Assembly (NCBI GenBank): GCA_040219175.1
Contig: JAVJSY010000090.1
Location: 19,386 to 83,385, forward strand
Length of the DNA stretch: 64,000 bases
Direction of reading: 5' to 3'
DNA from: Kiloniellales bacterium
GTDB taxonomy: Bacteria; Pseudomonadota; Alphaproteobacteria; Kiloniellales; JACOMY01
How positions within the stretch are numbered: position 1 is the first letter of the stretch; every line of letters starts with the position of its first letter. A program made the translations under genes and the position numbers. A model generated the notes under the pieces. That model was not told the origin of the DNA, did not search any database, and was given only the letters and a program-made list of their open reading frames with translations. Shown here piece by piece: positions 23,459 to 31,962 of this stretch.

Positions 23459-25744
23459 ATGTTCCGAGGACGCTGGGTGGGGTCTCTCATGCTATGTTGC
23501 GCTCTAGCCAGTTGTTCGTTTCTGCGGCCCTTGCCGCAACCCTCGTCATCCAACGAACGCCTTGCCGCGGTCCCGCAGCAAGACCTGCCGCTGAAGGGCC
23601 GTACCGTCATCTAATGGGACGAATACCAGATCCCCTTCATCGAAGCGGAACACGACGAAGACGCTGCCTTCGCGCTGGGCCTGGTGCAAGCCCACCTGAG
23701 GCTGGGTCATATGGAACTGGCGCGGCTGGTCTCGCAAGGGCGCCTTTCAGAGGCCATCGGATCCTCCACCGTGGACGTCGACCACGCGATCCGAACGATG
23801 GACTTCGACCGCGCCGTGCCGGAGACCGTGGCCTCCTTGCCACCCGACACGCGGGTCTGGCTTCAAGCCTACATCGACGGCGTCAACCACTATCTGATGA
23901 ACGTCGAGGACCTGCCGCAGGAGTTCAAGGTCGCCGGCCTGGAGCGGCAGCCCTGGACCATCGCGGATCTCTTGACCATCTCTCGGATTGGCGGGTCCGA
24001 TGCCAACTGGTCGGTCTGGATAACCTTGCTGAAGCTGCGCGAGCGCGAGGACTGGCCGCAGGTGTGGGCACGCATCGTCGAGACCGGAAGCGGCGCGCGC
24101 TCGACCTTCGACGGCATGGAGGTAGACGAGTTCGATTCAGTCCTGGGCGCCTACCGGCGTGCGGGTAGCAACGCGCTCGCCATCGCGCCGCAGCGAACCC
24201 GAACCGGAACGGCGCTCTTTGCCGCCGATCCCCACGTCGGCTATCTGGCGCCGACCATCTGGCTGCTGGCCGGGCTGAAGTCGCCCTCCTACCACGTCGT
24301 CGGGATCATGCCGACCGGCCATCCCTTCTTCGCGCTCGGCCGCAATCCCGTCGCCGCCTGGGGCGGCACCAACCTCTACGCTGCCTCCAGCAGCTTCTAC
24401 GACGTCTCGGCGGTCAGCGCCGAGGATATCAGCGTGCGTGTCGAACCCATTCGCGTCGGATCCGGCAGGACGGTCGATGTCGAGGTGCGCGAGACGGAGT
24501 ACGGGCCGATTATCTCCGACATCCCGCAGTTGCAGGGCTTCAATCTGCCCGACACGGCGCTCAAATGGGTGGGCCATCTGCCGAGCGACGAGACAAGCGC
24601 GATGCTGGCGGCCAACCGCGCCACCAGCTTCGAGGAATTCCGCGCCGCCTTTGGCCCCTACGCGGTCTCCAGCATGAACATGGTCTACGCCGATGTGAAC
24701 GGCAACATCGGCCAGATTCAGGCCGCACGCCTGCCCCGCCGCGAGCTCGACATTCCCGATGACATCGTCCGGCCGCCGCACGAGGTCGAGCCCTACTGGC
24801 AGAGCTTCGTCGATGCGACCGACTTGCCTGCTCTGCACAATCCGCCCCAGGGCTACGTCGCCACAGCCAACAATCGCCCGCCGCAGGGCGATGTCCCCGT
24901 CGGCATCTTCTTCTCCACCAACGACCGTATTACCCGTATCAACGAATTGTTCGCGGGCTGGGACAAGATAGGCGTCGAGGAACTGCAGGCGCTGCAGCAG
25001 GACGTCTACATGGCCGGGTCGGTCAGGCTGCGCGACGTCATGATCGCCAAGATCGACGAGCTTGGCCTCGCCAGGGGCGCCAGCACTGACGAACGCCAGC
25101 TGCTCGAAGAGGTGAGAGAGTGGGACGGCCACTACCGGGCAGAGTCGAAGGGTGCCTTGGCCTACGAATTGCTCCGTCGGGCAGTGATTGCCGCCAAAGC
25201 GGGCGAGGCCTTCGGGTCGGAGAACCTGACCGGCCTGACCGACGTGATCGGGGACGAGTTCAGCCTCGAAGCCTACCTTGAGGAAGGCAACCAGCGCGAA
25301 GTGGCCACGGTGCTGCGCAGCGCCATTGCGATGGGCGCAGAAGAGGCAAAGGGGAAGGCGGACTGGGGCTCGGTGCATCGACTGCAACTGGTCCATCCCT
25401 TCACCGCCATTCCGCTGGTGGGCGACCGGTACCGCTTCGGCGATGAGCCGATCGGCGGCAGCACCCAGACCTTGATGAAGTCGGGCCACAATCCCGGCGG
25501 CGAGGACTTCACTCCCTATCACGGCGCCTCGGCGCGGTTCATCTCCGACCTATCCGACCTCGACGCCAACTACTTCGTGCTGGTGGGTGGACAGGACGGC
25601 TGGCTGAACAGCGCCAATTTCCTAGACCAGATGCCGCTTTTCCTGGCTGGCGAGTACATCCAGCTTCCCTTGCGCTTGGAGAAGGTTCGCGCGCGCGCCG
25701 TGGAGACGCAGGTACTGAACCAAGGGGCGGGTGCGGTCAACTAG
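23459..25744 (+). pseudogene. Penicillin-acylase-family (Ntn-hydrolase, AHL/penicillin acylase-like) gene with one in-frame TAA
   Basis: The ATG at 23459 gives MFRGRWVGSLMLCCALASCSFL (lipoprotein-type signal), then ...LPLKGRTVI, then TAA at 23612-23614. The same frame continues WDEYQIPFIEAEHDEDAAFALGLVQAHLRLGHMELAR into the 686-aa track ORF (23684-25744). The nucleophile motif GSNALAI is present. Confidence 0.65.
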
Positions 25745-25796
25745 CCCGGCAAAGCACTGCTGGCGGTTGATGGGAGAGGGAACAGCTGCGCTGCCA

Positions 25797-25835
25797 GGGT
25801 GCGCGCGTCGGGTGCGCGCGTCGGGTGCGCGCGCC
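25797..25835. repeat. 13-bp tandem repeat x3 (gggtgcgcgcgtc, last unit gcc)
   Basis: Read directly from the sequence. Lies in the intergenic region downstream of the acylase gene. Confidence 0.9.
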
Positions 25836-25997
25836 GGGCTACCGGCAGCAGCCACTTCCTTGAGGAGAGTCGGCATCCATGTTTGCGCGGTTTCGTGAAT
25901 CCACATACGGAAGTGAGAACCTGACAAGCGAGAATCCGAGACACGTCGGGATGAGTTCTGGCTTGAAGGTAGCGTCAAAGATCTTTCGCACTTTTCT

Positions 25998-26175
25998 CAT
26001 GCGACGGCGGTCCCGGATCGATTGGATAGGACAGCTTTGAGCGGTTCCATGTTGATGTACTTTCTGGTCGACCACTGAGTTCCAGCGATGTGGCGCAGTC
26101 GGGCCGCAGCCAGCTTGAGGACGGATCGTCCGTCCGGGAAGGCCCCGACGATGCGCGTCCTACGCGACGAACCTG
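25998..26175 (-). pseudogene. IS256-family (Mutator-type) transposase C-terminal remnant
   Basis: The minus-strand frame reads ...SSRRTRIVGAFPDGRSVLKLAAARLRHIAGTQWSTRKYINMEPLKAVLSNRSGTAVA*. The RRTRVVGxFP...L(R/K)L..A.L...EW...RY pattern is the typical IS256 transposase C-terminus. The fragment starts directly at the ACAD stop codon. Confidence 0.6.
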
Positions 26176-26178
26176 GAG

Positions 26179-27357
26179 TCAGTAAGAGCGCGGCAAGCCC
26201 AGCACATGCTCGGCCAGATAGCTGAGAATGAGGTTGGTCGAGATCGGCGCCACCTGATAGAGGCGCGTCTCGCGAAACTTGCGCTCGACATCGTACTCCT
26301 CGGCGAAACCGAAACCGCCATGCGTCTGGATGCAGGCATTGGCCGCCTCGAAGGAGGCGTCGGCTGCCAGCATCTTGGCCATGTTCGCCTCGGCACCCGG
26401 ATTCTCGCCCGCCTCATAGAGCGCAAGGGCTTCCTTCACCATCAGTTCGGCCGCCCGCATGTTCGCATAGGCCTTGGCGATGGGAAACTGGATCCCCTGG
26501 TTCTGGCCGATCGGTCGGCCGAAGACCCGACGATCCTTGGCATAGCCAGAGGCCTTCTCGATGAACCACTTCGCATCGCCCACGCACTCCGCGGCGATCA
26601 AAATACGCTCGGCATTCATGCCCGAGAGGATATAGCGGAAGCCCCTGCCCTCCTCACCGATCAAGGAATTGGCGGGCACCCGGAGGTTGTCGAAGAAGAC
26701 CTCGGTGGTCGAGTGGTTCATCATCGTGCGGATCGGGTGGATAGAGATGCCATTGCCCAGGGCCGCGCGCATGTCGATGAGAAAGACGCTCAGCCCATCG
26801 CTGCGCTTCATGCCCTCGGTGATCGGCGTGGTCCGCGCCAACAGCACCATCAGATCGGAATGTTCGGCCCTGCTGGTCCAAATCTTCTGGCCACTGATAA
26901 CGAAATGATCGCCGTCGCGCTTGGCCGTGGTCTTGAGGGCCGAGGTGTCGGTGCCGCTGGAGGGCTCGGTTACGCCAAAGGCCTGCAGACGCAAGCGTCC
27001 TGCGGCAATGTCGGGCAAGTAGGCTTGCTTCTGTGCCTCCGAGCCATGTCGCAGCAGGGTCCCCATCGTATAGATCTGCGCGTGGCAGGCGCTGCTGTTG
27101 CAGCCGGCGCGCTGGATCTCCTCAAGCAGCGCTGCCGCCGCCGACAGCGGAAGACCGGCTCCGCCATAAGCCTCTGGAATCAAAACCGAAAGCCAGCCAG
27201 CCTCGGTCAGGGCATCGACGAAGGCCTCGGGATAGGCCATCTCGCGATCGAGCGCGCGCCAATAGGAACCCGGAAAGCGCGCACAGAGCTTGGCAACCGC
27301 GTCGCGAATGTCGGCATAGGGATCGGGTTCAACAGCCATCGGCATCTCCAGGAACAA
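26179..27357 (-). CDS. Acyl-CoA dehydrogenase family protein
   Basis: 392 aa with the ACAD N, middle and C domains recognisable (GVTEPSSGTDTSALKTTA, ISGQKIWTS). The start may be at one of the internal Met codons (MPMAVE). Confidence 0.85.
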   Translation of the reverse strand: MFLEMPMAVEPDPYADIRDAVAKLCARFPGSYWRALDREMAYPEAFVDALTEAGWLSVLIPEAYGGAGLPLSAAAALLEEIQRAGCNSSACHAQIYTMGTLLRHGSEAQKQAYLPDIAAGRLRLQAFGVTEPSSGTDTSALKTTAKRDGDHFVISGQKIWTSRAEHSDLMVLLARTTPITEGMKRSDGLSVFLIDMRAALGNGISIHPIRTMMNHSTTEVFFDNLRVPANSLIGEEGRGFRYILSGMNAERILIAAECVGDAKWFIEKASGYAKDRRVFGRPIGQNQGIQFPIAKAYANMRAAELMVKEALALYEAGENPGAEANMAKMLAADASFEAANACIQTHGGFGFAEEYDVERKFRETRLYQVAPISTNLILSYLAEHVLGLPRSY

Positions 27358-27582
27358 GCAAGGCGCATTTTCAGATCACCCGGCCTTCACCGCTAGAGGA
27401 TCGGGCAGGCGGCCGCCGCGAAGAAGCATCCCAGCTCCGCGGCATGACTTATGGTTCTAGGCCGATCACCCTGCGCAGCAATAGGTTATCGGCATAGCTG
27501 ATGGAGCAAAAGGATCGATGCTATCCATGGGGCGCAAGGCTAACCAGACAGAGACTGCTCACTGCATCGGGAGATTCGAATC

Positions 27583-28131
27583 GTGACGACACCTGCAGAA
27601 AGCCGCTTGGCGGGCCGCGATCTGGCCAGCGAGTGGCCGCAAGCGCTTTACGAGACCCTCAGCAAAGCCAATGTCCGCCACATGTCCTATGTGCCCGATG
27701 CCGGGCATACGACCTTGATTGGGCTTCTCGAGGCGGACAGCGCGGTCACCTGCAACCTGCTGACCAGCGAAGAAGAGGGCATCGCCATTGCGTCCGGCGC
27801 CTGGCTGGGTGGCCTGCGCAGCGTGGTGCTGATGCAGTCGTCGGGCGTGGGCAACTGCATCAACATGCTCTCGCTGCCGATCCAGGCCCGCATACCGCTC
27901 TTGCTGCTGGTGACCATGCGCGGCGAATGGGGCGAGTTCAATCCCTGGCAGGTCCCGATGGGACGAGCGACGCAGGCAGCACTGGAGGCCATCGGGGTGC
28001 GGGTATTCCGCAGCGAAACCGGCGCGGATCTGGTCGAGACCGTCGCCCAAGCAGCGGTCATGGCCTATGAAGCCGACCAGCAGATTGCGGTGCTGATCGG
28101 GCAACGCCTGCTCGGCAAGAAGAGATGGTGA
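27583..28131 (+). CDS. TPP-dependent decarboxylase, alpha (N-terminal PYR-domain) subunit; sulfopyruvate/phosphonopyruvate decarboxylase-like
   Basis: 182 aa, GTG start. The segment YVPDAGHTTLIGLL...SEEEGIAIASGAWLGG...VLMQSSGVGNCINML resembles ComD-type subunits. Confidence 0.7.
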   Translation: MTTPAESRLAGRDLASEWPQALYETLSKANVRHMSYVPDAGHTTLIGLLEADSAVTCNLLTSEEEGIAIASGAWLGGLRSVVLMQSSGVGNCINMLSLPIQARIPLLLLVTMRGEWGEFNPWQVPMGRATQAALEAIGVRVFRSETGADLVETVAQAAVMAYEADQQIAVLIGQRLLGKKRW

Positions 28132-28724
28132 CCGGCATGAGCGACACAACGATGGATCGCCGGGCGGCAGTCGCGAAGCTCTTGGCAGCACGCAGCGAGG
28201 CGCTGGTCGTCACCGGCCTGGGCTCGCCCAGCTACGACGCCCATGCCGCGGGCGACCGCGACGGCACCTACTATCTTTGGGGGGCGATGGGGGGCGCTGC
28301 CCTGCTGGGCCTCGGCCTGGCGCAGGCCCAACCGAAGAAGCAGGTGATGGTGATCACCGGTGACGGCGAGCAGCTCATGGCCTTCGGATCACTGGCAACC
28401 ATCGCAGTCGCCAAGCCCCGGAACCTCGACATCGTCGTGCTCGACAATCAGCACTATGGCGAAACTGGCATGCAGGAGAGTCACACCGGACGGGGGATCG
28501 ACCTCTGGCGCGTCGCGGAAGCCTGCGGCTTCGCCGAAACCGGTCTGGTGCAGACCCTCGCGGAGGTCGATCGCCTTTGCAGCGCCCTGAACGAACCCGC
28601 CGAGGGACCGCGCCTCTTCGTTCTCAAGATCAAGGCCGACAACCAAGCGCGCTCCCTACCGTCGCGCGATGCAGCCTTCATCAAGAACCGCTTTCGCGCC
28701 CACCTGGGGCTCAAGACCTGCTGA
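28125..28724 (+). CDS. TPP-dependent decarboxylase, beta (PP-domain) subunit
   Basis: 199 aa, overlapping the alpha-subunit stop. TPP motif ITGDGEQLMAFGSLATIAVAKPRNLDIVVLDNQHYGETG. Confidence 0.7.
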   Translation: MVTGMSDTTMDRRAAVAKLLAARSEALVVTGLGSPSYDAHAAGDRDGTYYLWGAMGGAALLGLGLAQAQPKKQVMVITGDGEQLMAFGSLATIAVAKPRNLDIVVLDNQHYGETGMQESHTGRGIDLWRVAEACGFAETGLVQTLAEVDRLCSALNEPAEGPRLFVLKIKADNQARSLPSRDAAFIKNRFRAHLGLKTC

Positions 28725-28752
28725 CGGCAAGACACCGGACTGTCGTCTGCCC

Positions 28753-29562
28753 TTATATATGGCCGTAAAAGTCCCTATGCGACGCAGCGGACCAAGCAAA
28801 GTCAAGCAGGGTTGACCAGGAGAAGACGGGTAGGCCGGTCGCCTGCTGTACCGCACGGCCGAAGGGCGGATAGCCGGTGCACTCCAGCACCATCGCCCCC
28901 AAGCGGGGCTCTGCCTTCTGCATGGCCAGGGCGGCTTCGACCATCTGCGCCTCGCAGAGATCGAAGTCGCAGCCGGGCGGATCGGGACGCTGACCGGCCG
29001 TCCCCCAGAGCTTGCGGGTCTCCGGCATGTCTGTCGAGGTCACGCAGTCGTAGAAGTTAAAGAGCCGATAGTTGGAGCCTAGGCGCACACCGACCGCTTC
29101 CAGGTGCGCATCGCTCAGCTCCTCCGGCCCGCCGGTGAAGACGCCGACCACCCTATCCGGACCGATCAGGGTCTGCGCCCAGCCGATCTGCAGCAGGCTG
29201 GACATGAAGACCGGGATTTCCAGCGCGGCTGCGACATGCCTTTGATAATAGGCAAAGAAGCCGCATTCGGCCGCGATCGCCCGACAGCCGTAAGTGTCCT
29301 GCAAGACCTTGGCAGCCTCGACGATCGGCCCGACGTGAGCGTCCAGATCCTTGTCCGGCCCGTCCACCAGGTTCCAGATGTCCAGGTCCTTGATCACCTG
29401 GTACTGGATGGGAAAGCCCCAGCCGCTGGCGTTGCGCACGTCTCCCGGAAAGCCCGGAAAGACATCGTCCAGCAGCAGGACACCCAGCCCGGCGCCATAG
29501 AGCAACTGGCCGGGCTTGGCACGGCTGTGGCGAAGGAAGCGGTCTTTGTTCATCGACTGCAT
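28753..29562 (-). CDS. Asp/Glu/hydantoin-racemase-superfamily protein
   Basis: 269 aa from the ATG at 29562 (MQSMNKD). The pattern GVLLLDDVFPGFPGDVRNASGWGFPIQYQVI...AIAAECGFF...MVLECTGYPPF is typical of this superfamily. The upstream part of the 586-aa track ORF is antisense read-through. Confidence 0.7.
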   Translation of the reverse strand: MQSMNKDRFLRHSRAKPGQLLYGAGLGVLLLDDVFPGFPGDVRNASGWGFPIQYQVIKDLDIWNLVDGPDKDLDAHVGPIVEAAKVLQDTYGCRAIAAECGFFAYYQRHVAAALEIPVFMSSLLQIGWAQTLIGPDRVVGVFTGGPEELSDAHLEAVGVRLGSNYRLFNFYDCVTSTDMPETRKLWGTAGQRPDPPGCDFDLCEAQMVEAALAMQKAEPRLGAMVLECTGYPPFGRAVQQATGLPVFSWSTLLDFAWSAASHRDFYGHI

Positions 29563-29579
29563 GTCTCTGTTTCCCAATC

Positions 29580-31115
29580 CTAAACGCCCAGTTCCGCACC
29601 GCCCTCGGCAGTACGGCGGACGGTAAACTGCTCGATTGCGGCCTTGGCCTCTTCCGCCATTGGCGGCGCGCGGTACTCTCCAAGCGCGCGCCGATAGATG
29701 CCGTGCGCGCGCGTGGTCGCGTCCTCCGCACCAGCTTCCTGCCAGGCTTCGTAGTTCGTCGTGTTGGTGATCAGCGGGCTGTAGAAGGCTGTCTCGAAGC
29801 TCTCGATCGTCCTTTCGGTACCGAAGAAATGCCCACCCGGGCCGACCGAACGAATCTCCTCGATCGAGAGGACGTCTTCGTTCACCGGAACGGGCTGCAG
29901 CCAGACCGCCATCATCTGCAGGATCTCGACGTCGAGGATGAACTTCTCGAAAGAGGCGCAGAGGCCGCCCTCCAACCAGCCGGCGGCATGCATGACCACG
30001 TTGGTGCCGCCGGTTACGGCCGCCCAGAGCGAACCCTGGGCTTCGTAGAGCGCCTGCGCATCGGGCAGATTGGCGTTGTTGAAATTGGCAGCCCGGAAAG
30101 GCAGGCCGATGTGGCGGGCAAGCTGTGCGCCGATCTGGACCGCCTTGTTCGATTCCGGCGTGGCAAAGGCCGGCGCACCGGTCTTCATGTCGACATTCAC
30201 CGTCTTGGCAGCGGTGACGACCGGTGCACCCGGACGCACCAGTTGCGCCAGCACGACACCCGCCAGCGCCTCGGCACTGGACATGGAGACAGCAGCTGCC
30301 AGGGGAACCGGCATGGTAGCACCGGCCAGCGAGAAGGGCGAGATCAAAGCCACCTGGTTGTGCCGTGCCAACTCGATGACCCCGGCTGCCATGGGGCCGT
30401 CGTACTGCAGCGGAGAGTTGGTGTTGATGATGGAGTAGGTACGCGGCCGCTCGACCAGCGCCTCGCGTCCCTCGAGCCCCAGGCCCAGCGCCACCAGGTC
30501 CAGCCCGTCCCACAGTCGCTGTCGGCCTTGTGCGAAGAGATAAGGCACCTTGTCGGAGAGCGTCAGCATGGTGCGCGTGCTCTCCAGATGGCGGATTTCC
30601 ACCGGCACGTCGTTGGGCTCGACCGGTGAGCCGGCGATCATGTGAATGATGTTGAAGTATTGGCCCAGGCGCACGAAGTCGGCGAAATCGGCGAGCGTGC
30701 CGGGACGCCGGCCGCGGTCCAGGTCGGAGCAGTTGGGCGGCCCCAGCACGGTCGAGAAAGCCAGTGCATCGCCGCCGATCTCCACCGCCTTCGCCGGGTC
30801 GCGCGGTGTCAGGGTGAAGCAGCTGGGCGCGGTGGAGAGTGCCTGGGTCACCAGCTCCTCGCCGATGCGCACCCGGCCCTGCCCATCGACGGGCGCGCCG
30901 GCCGCGCGAAAGATCGACAGCGCCTCCTCGTCGTTGAAGACGATCCCGATCTCCTGCAGGATGCGCAACGAGTTGCGATGGATAGCGGCGATCTGGTCGG
31001 TAGAGAGGATCTCAACGAAGGGCGCGCGCAGGCGCAGTTGCGACCAGGCCAGCTGCTCGATCGGCAGCGCGCGGCGGTCCGGGGTGCGCCGACGGCGCGT
31101 TCTGGGCGACGCCAT
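29580..31115 (-). CDS. MttB-superfamily methyltransferase, non-pyrrolysine type
   Basis: 511 aa from the ATG at 31115. Homology runs the full length of the trimethylamine-methyltransferase family (for example SIINTNSPLQYDGPM, VMHAAGWLEGGL, GPGGHFFG). There is no in-frame TAG. Confidence 0.8.
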   Translation of the reverse strand: MASPRTRRRRTPDRRALPIEQLAWSQLRLRAPFVEILSTDQIAAIHRNSLRILQEIGIVFNDEEALSIFRAAGAPVDGQGRVRIGEELVTQALSTAPSCFTLTPRDPAKAVEIGGDALAFSTVLGPPNCSDLDRGRRPGTLADFADFVRLGQYFNIIHMIAGSPVEPNDVPVEIRHLESTRTMLTLSDKVPYLFAQGRQRLWDGLDLVALGLGLEGREALVERPRTYSIINTNSPLQYDGPMAAGVIELARHNQVALISPFSLAGATMPVPLAAAVSMSSAEALAGVVLAQLVRPGAPVVTAAKTVNVDMKTGAPAFATPESNKAVQIGAQLARHIGLPFRAANFNNANLPDAQALYEAQGSLWAAVTGGTNVVMHAAGWLEGGLCASFEKFILDVEILQMMAVWLQPVPVNEDVLSIEEIRSVGPGGHFFGTERTIESFETAFYSPLITNTTNYEAWQEAGAEDATTRAHGIYRRALGEYRAPPMAEEAKAAIEQFTVRRTAEGGAELGV

Positions 31116-31119
31116 CCGG

Positions 31120-31962
31120 CTAAGCCTCTGCCAGAGCGGGCGCGAGGCCCAGAATGGCGCGCGCCTCGACCGGGCTGGCCGGGTGGCGGTCATAGTCGGC
31201 GCAAAGTGCGGCGACGCGGGCCACCAGTTCTGCATTGCTCTCCGCCAGGCGCTGCTTGTCGTAGCGGATGTTGTCCTCCAGCCCGGTGCGGCAGTGCCCG
31301 CCCATCTCCAGCGCCCAGTGGTTGACCTCCAGCTGATGGCGGCCCAGGCCGGCGGCGGTCCAGGTGGCGCCGGGCAGCAGCGCCTGCATCTCCGCAACTT
31401 CGAAGGCCAGGATCTGCCGCCTGGCCGGCTGCGCGCCCTTGATCCCCATCACGAACTGCAGGTGCGGCGGTGTCGTCAACAGCCCCTCGGCCACCAGATC
31501 GGCGGCGTTGTAGAGCATGGCCAGGTCGAAGATCTCACACTCCGGCTTGATCCCCTCCTCCAGCATCTGCGAGGCCAGCGCGCGGATAAACTGCGGTGGG
31601 TTCTCGTTGACGAAGGTCGGAAAGTTGACCGAGCCGGTGGCCAGCGAGGCCATGTCGGGGCGCAAGTGCAACATCCCGCCCCGCTGCTCCAGTGCACGGC
31701 CCCGCGCACCGGTGGAGAACTGCACGATCATGCCCGGACAGTGCTTGCGGATGCCGGCCTGAACGGCGGCGAACAAGTCCGGATCGGAGGAGGGCCTCTC
31801 CTCGCCATCGCGGACATGAATGTGAACCAGCGAGGCGCCGGCTTCGAAGGCGGCATGAGTCGATTCGATCTGCTCGCTGACGGTGACCGGCACCGCCGGC
31901 GTGTCGGCCTTGCGCGGCACCGAGCCGGTGATCGCGACCGTGATGATGCAGGCTGTGGTCAT
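31120..31962 (-). CDS. BKACE-family beta-keto acid cleavage enzyme (3-keto-5-aminohexanoate cleavage enzyme-like, DUF849)
   Basis: 280 aa from the ATG at 31962, which overlaps the SDR stop (ATGA). IITVAITGS, LVHIHVRD (HxH metal site), CRTGLEDN. Confidence 0.8.
   Translation of the reverse strand: MTTACIITVAITGSVPRKADTPAVPVTVSEQIESTHAAFEAGASLVHIHVRDGEERPSSDPDLFAAVQAGIRKHCPGMIVQFSTGARGRALEQRGGMLHLRPDMASLATGSVNFPTFVNENPPQFIRALASQMLEEGIKPECEIFDLAMLYNAADLVAEGLLTTPPHLQFVMGIKGAQPARRQILAFEVAEMQALLPGATWTAAGLGRHQLEVNHWALEMGGHCRTGLEDNIRYDKQRLAESNAELVARVAALCADYDRHPASPVEARAILGLAPALAEA

Noticed and set aside
23612-23614. Programmed recoding (selenocysteine or pyrrolysine) at the acylase internal stop.
   Set aside because: The codon is TAA, not TGA or TAG, and I see no SECIS-like hairpin immediately downstream. 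A nonsense mutation or a sequencing error is the simpler explanation.
29580-31115. Possible pyrrolysine (in-frame TAG) recoding in the MttB-family gene.
   Set aside because: The ORF is continuous with no internal TAG. No pylTSBCD-like genes are seen in the window, so it is a non-Pyl family member.
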